Part shown: piece by piece, positions 1-8,704 of the stretch
Layout: every line of letters begins with the position of its first letter
Numbering within the stretch: the first letter of the stretch is position 1
From: Candidatus Heimdallarchaeota archaeon
Lineage (GTDB): Archaea > Asgardarchaeota > Heimdallarchaeia > JABLTI01
NCBI GenBank assembly: GCA_019058275.1
Contig: JAHLVW010000036.1
Coordinates: 1-64,000 of the forward strand
Reading direction: 5' to 3'
DNA length: 64,000 nt
Notes under the pieces: generated by a model
What the model saw: only the letters and a program-made list of their open reading frames with translations
Told to the model about the DNA's origin: nothing
Databases searched by the model: none
Made by a program: the position numbers and the translations under genes

Positions 1-810
1 TGGTTTTTCTCCCTTTGCACCCTTTAATTGTTTGATTGTTTCAATTATCCTCTCAACAACTTGATCTAAAATCTTACTCTCTTCTTCTGTACTAACCATT
101 GTTATGTGAATTTCAACTTTAATAATTCTCTCATTACTAACAGTATAACTGTGTGGATGTGTTTTAATATAAACTGAAGGATGATTCTCTCTGATTGGAC
201 TTATAGCTACTGCTAATTCGCTTTCAGGAACATAATTGACTACAAGTCTTCTATTATAAAATTTCTCTTTTGAATTAAAGGTTAGATATTGCACCATTTC
301 AAAATCAAAAATAGCAATCATTTCCTTTGGTACACCTGGAACTGAGAATATTATTGTGTCATCAATATTCACCAATACACCTGGTGCAGTTCCAGCTCTA
401 TTCCTTAAGGGTAGTGCACCTTCTGGTAATTTTGCCATTTGTTTTCTTTCTTCAGAGAGCTCAAGTTCTATCCCTCTTGCTTCTTTCACATCTTTTATAC
501 GATTCTTAATAAGCTCTATTGCCTCTTCATTGACTTCCAATTGTTTTTTAGTTGCTATTGCTACAGCTTGCAAAGCCACATCATCAAAAGTAGGACCCAT
601 TCCTCCTGTAGTAATAATTACTTTGGGTTTTCTTGAAAGAGCTTCTTGTAGGACATGAGACATTTCATCAATATTATCACCAACAGTAGTAATTCTAGTA
701 ACATTACCCCCGAGTGAGATAATTCTCTTCCCAAGCCAATTTGCGTTAGTATTTACTGTTTTACCAATTAACAACTCATTGCCAAAGCAGATGATTTCAA
801 CATCAAACAT
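1..810 (-). CDS. CinA-like molybdopterin-binding-domain protein (3' end runs off the window)
   Basis: Not in ORF track. Manual translation from ATG at 810: MFDVEIICFGNELLIGKTVNTNANWLG...ITTGGMGPTFDD...GTAPG...PGVPKEM; frame open to base 1. Confidence 0.88.
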   Translation of the reverse strand, partial: MFDVEIICFGNELLIGKTVNTNANWLGKRIISLGGNVTRITTVGDNIDEMSHVLQEALSRKPKVIITTGGMGPTFDDVALQAVAIATKKQLEVNEEAIELIKNRIKDVKEARGIELELSEERKQMAKLPEGALPLRNRAGTAPGVLVNIDDTIIFSVPGVPKEMIAIFDFEMVQYLTFNSKEKFYNRRLVVNYVPESELAVAISPIRENHPSVYIKTHPHSYTVSNERIIKVEIHITMVSTEEESKILDQVVERIIETIKQLKGAKGEKP

Positions 811-851
811 ACTCGATTACAACTTTCCTTTCAATATTTTTATCCAAATTC

Positions 852-1916
852 TCATTCAATGAAAGCATCAACAACCATTTGCCATTGTCTAGGTGCAGAC
901 ATTCTTACTTTTTTTACTTCTAGTATTTTCTTCACTTTACGATTATTCTTTGATATTTCTTTTTTTAAATCTTCAACTATTGTTTCTTCGGGGTTTTTTC
1001 CTCTAACAAATTCAAAGAAATGAATTATTCCTCCACTTGGTTTGAGAACGCTACAAGCTACATCAATAAAATTAATAGCATATCCTGGAAGGTTCATTAT
1101 AGCTCTATCAGCAATTCCTTCCAGTTTTTGTTCTTTAATAACTAATCGACAATCACCACATAGTGGAATTATTTTTCCCTTCAATTTATTTAAGGTAATA
1201 TTTTCTTTAAGTAACTCAATAGCATTTGAATTAATATCAAGTGCATAGATTTCAGATTCAACTTCCTTAGCAATAGGTATTACAAAAGGTCCAATTCCAC
1301 AGAATAAATCAGCAATTGTTTCTTTAGCTTTAACTTTACTAGCAATTCGTTTGTGTTCTTCACTTAATCGTGGGCTGAAATATGCTTTTTCAATATCAAC
1401 CATAAATCGACAACCATGTTCTTTGTAGATTGCTCTTGTCTTCTTCTCTCCAACTAGATATTCAACAGGTCTTATTCTATTAACTCCACTAACCTTCCCT
1501 AATTTAACATAAACAGATTTTATACTAGAATGAGCATCTAATAATGATTGTCCAACTACAGTCTTTTTTTCCCAGAGTTTGTCAGGTATTTCAACAACAA
1601 CAATATCTCCTATAGTATCGAAGCTTCTGGGAATAAATTCCAATTCATCCTCCAGCAAAATTTTCTCTAGGATTTCGACATGGGAACTAGGGCTTTTTTT
1701 GGTCAATTCTAAACTATCATCTCTGGTAATTTCAAAATTCATGCCTGTATCCTTGAGCTCATCAATTTCTTCATTTGTGAGATCTCTAGTAATTGGGATG
1801 ATTAAAGAATCTAATTCTACCTTAATCTTATAGATGGTGCTTAACAGATTCCTTTCTGTAAGAAACTGTCTGATAATTTCACCGGAGCTTTTTTTCGTTT
1901 TGATACAGAAAGACAT
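852..1916 (-). CDS. trm5: Trm5/Met-10+ family tRNA (guanine37-N1) methyltransferase
   Basis: SFDTIGDI, YKEHGCRF, YFSPRL, DLFCGIGPF SAM motif, IMNLP. Confidence 0.85.
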   Translation of the reverse strand: MSFCIKTKKSSGEIIRQFLTERNLLSTIYKIKVELDSLIIPITRDLTNEEIDELKDTGMNFEITRDDSLELTKKSPSSHVEILEKILLEDELEFIPRSFDTIGDIVVVEIPDKLWEKKTVVGQSLLDAHSSIKSVYVKLGKVSGVNRIRPVEYLVGEKKTRAIYKEHGCRFMVDIEKAYFSPRLSEEHKRIASKVKAKETIADLFCGIGPFVIPIAKEVESEIYALDINSNAIELLKENITLNKLKGKIIPLCGDCRLVIKEQKLEGIADRAIMNLPGYAINFIDVACSVLKPSGGIIHFFEFVRGKNPEETIVEDLKKEISKNNRKVKKILEVKKVRMSAPRQWQMVVDAFIE

Positions 1917-2085
1917 GAAATATCTCCATCTTTTACAAGCTTATGTTGTTTCTCCACTAGATCTCAGGAATTTCTTTACTCACTATTATTCCTTTATCTG
2001 AAAAGTGATTTGATTGTGGATTGAAGACCACACTATTAAATTTATTTAGTCTAAAATGGAAAACAATTGCTGTTAAATAGTAACT

Positions 2086-2364
2086 TTAAGATGCTTTTTT
2101 CTCCTGAGATAAAATTTTTCTCCACAGCATTTCGATGTCATCTTGAATGGTTCTTTCACCTATTCCTCTTTCGCCTAATGTTCTAACTTTTTTTAATGCT
2201 TCTTGAATTAATTGTCTTGCGTCTAATAAATCTAGTTTTGCGCCTTTTAAATCTCCAGTTTTAAATTTTTCATGGGCTACTTTTTTCTTTTCTTCAGCTT
2301 TAAGCCTAAGCATTTTCTTTTGGGCGTTAATCATTTCAGACTTTCTAAGATTTTCTGGAATCAA
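2086..2364 (-). CDS. small helical protein, possibly MIT-like three-helix bundle
   Basis: 92-aa ORF filling the intergenic space; amphipathic helices. Confidence 0.55.
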   Translation of the reverse strand: MIPENLRKSEMINAQKKMLRLKAEEKKKVAHEKFKTGDLKGAKLDLLDARQLIQEALKKVRTLGERGIGERTIQDDIEMLWRKILSQEKKAS

Positions 2365-2579
2365 ATATTGCTAACCCCACAGATAATATGGGTTATTTTG
2401 GAATAAAAAGCATTTGTTTGCCAGCGGATATTTTTGTCATTTCTTATATATACCGACAAAAAAATCCTGAAATCTCAAATTTCAGATTATTATTGTAATT
2501 TTTAGTGAAGATTTTTTTAACAAAATGAATAGCAATCTTTTTTATTATCTACATAGTTTGAATTTACTTGGATGTAACG

Positions 2580-2834
2580 ATGTGCATAGCTATACCTGCA
2601 AAAGTTGTTGAAATAGTAAATGATGATACAATTCTAGTTGATTTTGGTGGAGTAAAACGAGAAGTAAAATCAACTCTATTAGAAGATAAGCTAGAGATAA
2701 ACGATTATGTTCTTGTTCATATTGGCTTTGCCATGACTAAAGTAGATGAAGAAGAAGCATTAGAAACGTTGCGTTTATTTGCTGAAATTGATGCCTTTAA
2801 TCAAAATATAGAAGCCTTTAGTCAAAAAGGCTAA
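2580..2834 (+). CDS. hypC: HypC/HupF hydrogenase maturation chaperone
   Basis: MCIAIPAKV N-terminus (ATG at 2580), VDFGGVKREV, DYVLVHIGFA. Confidence 0.95.
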   Translation: MCIAIPAKVVEIVNDDTILVDFGGVKREVKSTLLEDKLEINDYVLVHIGFAMTKVDEEEALETLRLFAEIDAFNQNIEAFSQKG

Positions 2835-2846
2835 AATGAAAGTTTC

Positions 2847-3401
2847 TTACTTTGTGTCACTCTTTTCTAATAATAATTCCAAATAGGATTTTCGAATATT
2901 TTTCTTAGGATCTAGCTTCAAAGCTTTTAATGCTCGAAAGATTTCTTTTCTTGTTTTCTCAAAAAAACTTTTGTCACTAATTATTTTCTCGACTTCTAAA
3001 TACGTTCCAATAGAAGCTACATTGTCTAAACAGAAGTGCATGCCATCTAAAAGGTAAATTCTTCTCTCTTTTGATACAATAGCTACTTTTTCAAAATTTA
3101 ATTTTTCTAATAAGTTAGACAACTGCTGAGCATTTTCAACCTTGAGGTCAATTTCGATTCTAGTTTTTGATTTTGGATCAAATTTTGGCCCCTTATAAGT
3201 AAGAAAAATTCTATCTCCATCTTCCCTAATTCTTAAGGCTTCATCAGTTTCACTAAAATCCTTAGATGGATGGTTGAAGTACTGATCACGTTGATTAACA
3301 ATCTCTTCGAGAATTGCTCCTTTTTCAACTAATTTCATTTCCAATTCGTTGAGATCTGCAATCTTCAGTTTTACTTCGACTTCAATTGGCAATTCGATCA
3401 C
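2847..3401 (-). CDS. cyaB: CYTH-domain class IV adenylate cyclase-like protein (CyaB)
   Basis: IEVEVK (ExExK), DQYF, ALRIR, LTYKGPK, YLEVE, SYLELL. Confidence 0.88.
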   Translation of the reverse strand: MIELPIEVEVKLKIADLNELEMKLVEKGAILEEIVNQRDQYFNHPSKDFSETDEALRIREDGDRIFLTYKGPKFDPKSKTRIEIDLKVENAQQLSNLLEKLNFEKVAIVSKERRIYLLDGMHFCLDNVASIGTYLEVEKIISDKSFFEKTRKEIFRALKALKLDPKKNIRKSYLELLLEKSDTK

Positions 3402-3490
3402 ATTTTACTATTTGTTATTAGCTTTTTTAGCTCTAAGCTTAAAAAGCATAGCTTCAAAAGAAATTTATCTCTATACAACCATAAGTAATT

Positions 3491-3829
3491 TGGAGAGGAA
3501 TAAACGGCTTTCGGGTGCTCTTGTTAGCATCTGAGGAAGGTCCTTTCTTCCAGGCAGAGCGACGCAGTGAAAGCTGTCAGGAGAAATCCTGGCTCTGAGA
3601 ATAGAAACGTAAAGCGTATATGTACTACTATGATACAAGGTATCTTTGATACTCTGTTGAGATTTACATATAATAAGTGTTGAAACGACTCATCGTCGCG
3701 GAAGTAAGCTCAAATAGGCTTCGTTGATTTGCTGCCATGAGAAGCGGGTTGAGTGCGTAGATTGATGCCGTGAGAGGAGTTCATCTGATGGTGATCCTCG
3801 AAACAGAAAGAGGACTATTTTCCTCTCCA
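3491..3829 (+). ncRNA. rnpB: RNase P RNA
   Basis: P1 TGGAGAGGAA (3491-3500) / TTCCTCTCCA (3820-3829); P2 ACGGC/GCCGT; CR-I GAGGAAGGTCCTTT (3533-3546); CR-II ATAGAAAC (3601); CR-III TTGAAAC (3680); CR-IV TAGATTGAT (3758); CR-V ACAGAAAGAGGACTA (3803-3817); GC-enriched island with no credible ORF. Confidence 0.93.
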
Positions 3830-3838
3830 CTACTTCTA

Positions 3839-4294
3839 TCAATCCTCTGCATATTCAGCTAAATCTAATTTGTAGATAGGACTGTGTTCATTTTTCTTAC
3901 CTGTTAATTTGAATCCAGTCTTAACATATAAACTAGTAGCAATTTCATTATCTTCTGCTACATCTAAATAAATCTCAGAGCAAGAATATTTGTTTTTTAG
4001 ATGTTTTATAACAGCTTTCAATCCTGACTTTCCGTAACCCTTGCCTTGGAAATTCTTATCCACCATATGTCTTACTAACCAGATAGTATCATCTTTTGGA
4101 TTTTTACCAAAGGCAGAAAATCCAACCATTTTCTCTCCATCATAAATTCCATAACATTCTAGAAAAGCCTGGAATTTTGATTGAGCAATGCTTGTAGCAT
4201 TTGAAGCAACGAAATTTCTTTGTTCTTCCTTTACTTCTAATTTTATAGCATCAACAAAATTCTCTATAGTAATTTCTTTCAATATAATAGTCAT
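3839..4294 (-). CDS. GNAT N-acetyltransferase (diamine/spermidine acetyltransferase-like)
   Basis: QRNFVASNATSIAQ, FQGKGYGK acetyl-CoA motif, NxxAxxLYxKxGF. Confidence 0.85.
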   Translation of the reverse strand: MTIILKEITIENFVDAIKLEVKEEQRNFVASNATSIAQSKFQAFLECYGIYDGEKMVGFSAFGKNPKDDTIWLVRHMVDKNFQGKGYGKSGLKAVIKHLKNKYSCSEIYLDVAEDNEIATSLYVKTGFKLTGKKNEHSPIYKLDLAEYAED

Positions 4295-4389
4295 ATCTTA
4301 ATCACCAAAATTGTGTTAACTATGAATGATATGGTCACTTAATTAAAACAAGATGGTCACATTATCTATTTTAGTGCTCATTACAATAT

Positions 4390-4827
4390 CTAATTTGATC
4401 CTATTCTTCTCTTTTCTGCGATGAATTTCTCAAGATTGCTCGTTACAATATGATGAGTAGATATTTCTAGAGCTTTTTCAGGTTTCACCCATTTATATTC
4501 CACATGTTCATTAGAAAGAACAACTTCTGTTGATTTTGTTTTACACCAAAAAGTCATTCCTATCATATCAAAACTACCGTCTTCTTGAAACCAGTGAAAA
4601 ACATCAATTGCTTTTATTATATCAAAATCTTTTATTCCAGTTTCTTCAATGATTTCTCTGTTTAATCCATCAAATGGGTCTTCAAATTGCTCAACTCCCC
4701 CTCCTACAACATCCCAAATATTTTCAGGAATATTACCTGGTGCTCTTTTTAATAGAAGAATTTCATTATCTTGATTTTCAATAATTGCTGCAACACAGAA
4801 TGTAAAGCGTCCTTCATCTTTGTTCAA
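4390..4827 (-). CDS. NUDIX hydrolase
   Basis: Nudix box GGGVEQFEDPFDGLNREIIEETG; LSNEHVEYKW. Confidence 0.88.
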   Translation of the reverse strand: MNKDEGRFTFCVAAIIENQDNEILLLKRAPGNIPENIWDVVGGGVEQFEDPFDGLNREIIEETGIKDFDIIKAIDVFHWFQEDGSFDMIGMTFWCKTKSTEVVLSNEHVEYKWVKPEKALEISTHHIVTSNLEKFIAEKRRIGSN

Positions 4828-4846
4828 ATTTTAGTTCTCTCCACAA

Positions 4847-5311
4847 CTATTTTACGAATTGAACTTTCTTACTCAAGTTCTTTTCTTCTATTTGTATCTT
4901 GATATATTTTTTAAGAGCTGGATGATCTATTAATTCATAAGCTTCATTTGATGGTAACCATTTGTATTCACTATGTTCATGCGATAAAGTAACCTTTTTA
5001 CTATTTGTTTTGCACCAATAAGAAATGCCAATTAGCTCATTCTCTGGTTTCTTAATGCTTTTTCTATAAACATGAAACATGGTTAAAGGTTTTATAATTT
5101 CAATATCAGTAATTCCTGTTTCCTCTCTTATTTCACGTCTAAGACCATCTTCTGGTGCTTCAGCTTGTTTTAGTCTTCCACCAACATCTTCCCAATAATT
5201 AGGATATTCTTCATTATCTGCACTTCGTTTAATTAGTAAAATCTCATCATCAGAATTTTCTATAATTGCTGCAACAGCTACCATAACTTTTGATTTTGTT
5301 CTAGTCATCAA
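4847..5311 (-). CDS. NUDIX hydrolase (tandem paralog)
   Basis: Nudix box GGRLKQAEAPEDGLRREIREETG; LSHEHSEYKW. Confidence 0.88.
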   Translation of the reverse strand: MMTRTKSKVMVAVAAIIENSDDEILLIKRSADNEEYPNYWEDVGGRLKQAEAPEDGLRREIREETGITDIEIIKPLTMFHVYRKSIKKPENELIGISYWCKTNSKKVTLSHEHSEYKWLPSNEAYELIDHPALKKYIKIQIEEKNLSKKVQFVK

Positions 5312-5497
5312 AAATCCACTATTGTATATTCATTTAAAGAAGACATAGAAATCTGTTTTTTCATCGAAATATTAATTTATCTACCTCTTAGAAAGAAATA
5401 AAAAGCAATAGTTTTCGCTTACTATTACTGACTGATTACCAGTCACTAACACTTAACCTAGATGTCGCTTAAAGCGGAATTGGTAAGGTGATTAAAA

Positions 5498-6076
5498 ATG
5501 TACAAATACGTAGGCAAATTTTGGAAAAATCGCAATAGTCCTGAATTTAAGGCTTTGCAGCGAAATCGATTAATAAAATGGAGAAAAGAAAGTAGCATAG
5601 TTCGTGTTGAACGACCAACAAGAATTGATCGAGCTCGCATTTTGGGTTATAAAGCTAAACAAGGTTATGTTATAGCCAGAATTAGATTAAGGAGAACCCG
5701 ATTACGAAAAAGTCGCCCAAGTCAAGGTAGACACACAAAAGGTCAAGCTATCCGTAAAATCCAACCTGGTAAAAGCTTCAGATGGATTGCTGAAGAACGT
5801 GTTGCAAGAAGATATGTCAACATGGAAGTATTAAATTCCTACCAAGTAGGTGAAGATGGACGATATAAGTGGTATGAAGTAATTCTAATTGATCCAGTTC
5901 ATCCTGTTATCATGAAAGATCCAAGAATTAACTGGATATGTAATTCAGTTCACAAGAATAGAGTTTTCCGTGGACTAACAGCTGCAGGAAGAAAGTCAAG
6001 AGGATTAACAAGGAAAGGTGTTGGCTCAGAAAAGATACGACCATCTTTAAGAGCTCACAAACGTGATGGAAAATAG
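5498..6076 (+). CDS. rpl15e: 50S ribosomal protein L15e
   Basis: RPTRIDRARILGYKAKQG, IAEERVARRY, EVLNSY, RVFRGLTAAG. Confidence 0.97.
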   Translation: MYKYVGKFWKNRNSPEFKALQRNRLIKWRKESSIVRVERPTRIDRARILGYKAKQGYVIARIRLRRTRLRKSRPSQGRHTKGQAIRKIQPGKSFRWIAEERVARRYVNMEVLNSYQVGEDGRYKWYEVILIDPVHPVIMKDPRINWICNSVHKNRVFRGLTAAGRKSRGLTRKGVGSEKIRPSLRAHKRDGK

Positions 6077-6165
6077 AGATAAATTTTATTCATCTCTTCT
6101 ATCTTTTTTTCTTCAAAAAATCTAAAAGCAATTTATATTGTTAATTGTATGTGGAGCTAGATTAA

Positions 6166-6639
6166 TTGTCACAAAATAACTCAGCTTTCAAATTGAATGA
6201 AATTACTTTCTCTTGTAGTTCTCATTCAACAGAAGATCTTGATAAAGTTAAAACAGCATTATATAACCTCATTCCTGAAAATATTCGTAAGGACCATGAA
6301 ATAACAATTCAACATATTAGTGGTCATGTTGGAAATCCAATGCGTCTTCTAGATCTCACAATTAGGAAGAATCGTTACCTAAAAGCTACTTTTGATTTTC
6401 TAGCAGAAAAAATCGATAAAGCTGATAAAGAATATCTTTATCAAATTGCAGAAAGTAAAATAGATGAAGATAATTGCTTTTATTTGAGAATAAATAAACA
6501 AGATGCATATAGTGAACAAATTACTTTAGATGATGGAGATAATACAATTATAATTGTTATTAAATTTATAATCTATAAATCAGAGCCATTGCAAATCGTA
6601 AATGCTTTAGAGAATTATGGAATAATAAAGAAGGGATGA
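6166..6639 (+). CDS. archaeal RNA-binding protein (PF01877-type, exosome superoperon)
   Basis: HSTEDLDKV, GHVGNP, FYLRINKQDA; usual position between rpl15e and rpp30. Confidence 0.8.
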   Translation: MSQNNSAFKLNEITFSCSSHSTEDLDKVKTALYNLIPENIRKDHEITIQHISGHVGNPMRLLDLTIRKNRYLKATFDFLAEKIDKADKEYLYQIAESKIDEDNCFYLRINKQDAYSEQITLDDGDNTIIIVIKFIIYKSEPLQIVNALENYGIIKKG

Positions 6640-6643
6640 ACAA

Positions 6644-7774
6644 ATGATTCCTTTTATTGAACCGCGAGTTCATATAACTGATAAGAAAGAAATCAAGCAA
6701 TATGATGAGATTGCTAAAAGAATTGGACTTAGTGGATATGCGGTTCTAGGTAAGAAATTTCAGAAGAAGGCTAAACCTGATTCAAAGAATGAGTTTGTTA
6801 AACAGTATTCAAGATTTGAAATAGACGAAAATCAGGTTGGTAAAGTTCGAAATCTCTTGCCAAAAGTTAGACATAGTTACGAACTAATTAGTGTTAAAAC
6901 TACTTCTGCAAAAGTTGCTCAATGGGTCATTAAAGATAATAGAGTAGACATCTTAGTTATACATACAAAAAACATTAAAGAGCTAATTAATCATCAACTA
7001 GCAAATGTTGCAGCAAGCAACCAAACTTTTTTTGAAATAGATCTGAGTTTTTTACTAGATCAAAAAACTTCTAATAAATCTTTTCACTTGAGAGCAATTG
7101 CTCGATGTTTGAATATACTAATGAAAGAACAAGCTCCATTTATTTTTACAACAAACGTTCAAGATTCCCTTGATTTCAGAGATGTTAGAGCTATAATTGC
7201 ATTAGCAAATCTAGTGGGTGTTCCTTCTAAAATCATTAAAGAAAATCTGAAAAGATTTTATGAAAGAGTAACCTTAAACAACAAAAAACTGTCTGAGGAA
7301 TTCGTTGCACCTGGAGTATGGATAAAGAACGAGAAAGGTAAAGAAAAGAAAATAAAGGAAACAGCTGAACAGCAAGACATTGAAGATTTACTTGATGATT
7401 TGGAATTACCATTAAGTCTTCAACAAATGTCATCAGTAAATGATAAATCAGAAAGACAAAGATATCTCCTTTTTGAAATTTTAACAAAAGAAAAATTCAA
7501 TACTGATGAAAAGGAATTTGCTAAACAAATTTGGAAGCGTTTTTCACTGTATTTTGGCGAAGTAGGAAGTTCAAGAATGGGACTATATATTACTCATTAC
7601 AACGTAGAAAAGAAAATAGGTATCATTCGTTGCAGTCATTATACTCTAGAATCTCTTAGAGCGGTCTTATCCACAATCACAGAAATTTCTAATTGTAAGG
7701 TTTTGATTCACATTATCAAAGTTTCAGGAACTCTTAGGAATCTAATTACAATTCATAGAAGAAAAAGTGAATAA
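6644..7774 (+). CDS. fused RNase P proteins Rpp30 (N-terminal) and Pop5 (C-terminal)
   Basis: N-terminal: DNRVDIL, FEIDLS, RDVRAIIALANLVG, FVAPGV (Rpp30). C-terminal: RQRYLLFEI, YFGEVGSS, GIIRCSH, KVSGTLR (Pop5/Rpp14). Confidence 0.85.
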   Translation: MIPFIEPRVHITDKKEIKQYDEIAKRIGLSGYAVLGKKFQKKAKPDSKNEFVKQYSRFEIDENQVGKVRNLLPKVRHSYELISVKTTSAKVAQWVIKDNRVDILVIHTKNIKELINHQLANVAASNQTFFEIDLSFLLDQKTSNKSFHLRAIARCLNILMKEQAPFIFTTNVQDSLDFRDVRAIIALANLVGVPSKIIKENLKRFYERVTLNNKKLSEEFVAPGVWIKNEKGKEKKIKETAEQQDIEDLLDDLELPLSLQQMSSVNDKSERQRYLLFEILTKEKFNTDEKEFAKQIWKRFSLYFGEVGSSRMGLYITHYNVEKKIGIIRCSHYTLESLRAVLSTITEISNCKVLIHIIKVSGTLRNLITIHRRKSE

Positions 7775-7792
7775 TAGTGAGAGTTTCATAAG

Positions 7793-8329
7793 TTAGTAAG
7801 GATAATTTGTATGATTCTTATCTCTGAGTGCCATCTGATAGACTTTTTTATCTTCTAAAACTACATTTTGTAAATGAAATATATTGTCAATGGATTCGAA
7901 TTTGACTATTCGCTTAGGAAAAACTTTCACTAAAACTGATTCTTTAGTTTTTGATAAACGTTCAAACTATTTGTATCTTGATTTAAATAAATCAGCTATT
8001 TCTTTGAATTCTTCATCATAAGGCTAACCAAGAATATTCGTACTACCCTCAATTTGCAGATTTTTAAGATACAAAGCGACACTAGAATTCCCTTTTATTT
8101 GTACAATTTTTTTGTTGAATCCCCACGATGTAAAATAGATGTCTAAATCTATGCTAACATATTGTACTGTTCGTGCAGTTACTCTATTGTCTAAAGAGGT
8201 TGCTAGAGTTACATTTCTATTTTTTTCTAAAATTGCTAAGATTTCACCTTTTATTTTAGCAAAATCGGGTTCTTTTCTCAATTTCAATATGTCTTCTTTG
8301 TTATCCAAGTTTATATTACTCAAAAACAA
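7793..8329 (-). pseudogene. pyridoxamine 5'-phosphate oxidase-like (split-barrel) protein interrupted by two in-frame TAG codons
   Basis: TLATSLDNRVTARTV, IYFTS, KKIVQIKGNSSVAL. Frame continues past TAG 8024-8026 and TAG 7967-7969 to TAA 7793-7795 (179 codons). Confidence 0.7.
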
Positions 8330-8348
8330 ATTCCTCCAAAGTAGTTAG

Positions 8349-8425
8349 TAGGAGTCAGATCGTCGCATGTTCATCATGATATGGCGTGGAGCGCCTCAGT
8401 CTGGGGCGTCGTCTTCATTCTCCTA
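8349..8425 (-). ncRNA. box C/D 2'-O-methylation guide sRNA (double guide)
   Basis: Minus strand: UAGGAG-A-AUGAAGA(C)-CGACGCCCCAGA-CUGA(D')-GGCGCUCCACGCCAUAUC-AUGAUGA(C')-ACAUGCGACGAU-CUGA(D)-CUCCUA; two 12-nt guides and a 6-bp terminal stem. Confidence 0.9.
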
Positions 8426-8704
8426 GTTTCAACATCTTGAATTATCTCTAAAAATATTTGTATATTATTTATTCAAATTTAGCTCCAGCTGCAATTTGTG
8501 ACTTGCTTTCTAAAGATTTATACTCTGATACTAGGGGAACGATTGTTTTTTGTCGCATTTAATTTTGTAATTCAAAAGCTAAACATTCAGAATAAAAGAA
8601 AGTTAGTTTCTAATATATTGGCACTATTGTATAGCTGGAGTATATCCCAAAATATAGCTCATGATAATAGAACATTTAATAAAACAAATATATAATTCTA
8701 GGTT

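Noticed and set aside
327-658. Three short plus-strand ORFs
   Set aside because: Antisense shadows of the CinA-like gene at 1-810
2580-2834. Hydrogenase gene cluster
   Set aside because: hypC stands alone; no other hyp or hydrogenase genes in the window
3349-3534. 61-aa plus-strand ORF
   Set aside because: Overlaps cyaB antisense and the RNase P RNA 5' end; no protein features
8349-8425. GC-rich island as a tRNA
   Set aside because: No cloverleaf or TTCRA loop; the box C/D layout explains it
8498-8695. 65-aa ORF upstream of scpB
   Set aside because: AT-rich promoter-like region, weak GTG start, no recognisable features; too short for ScpA
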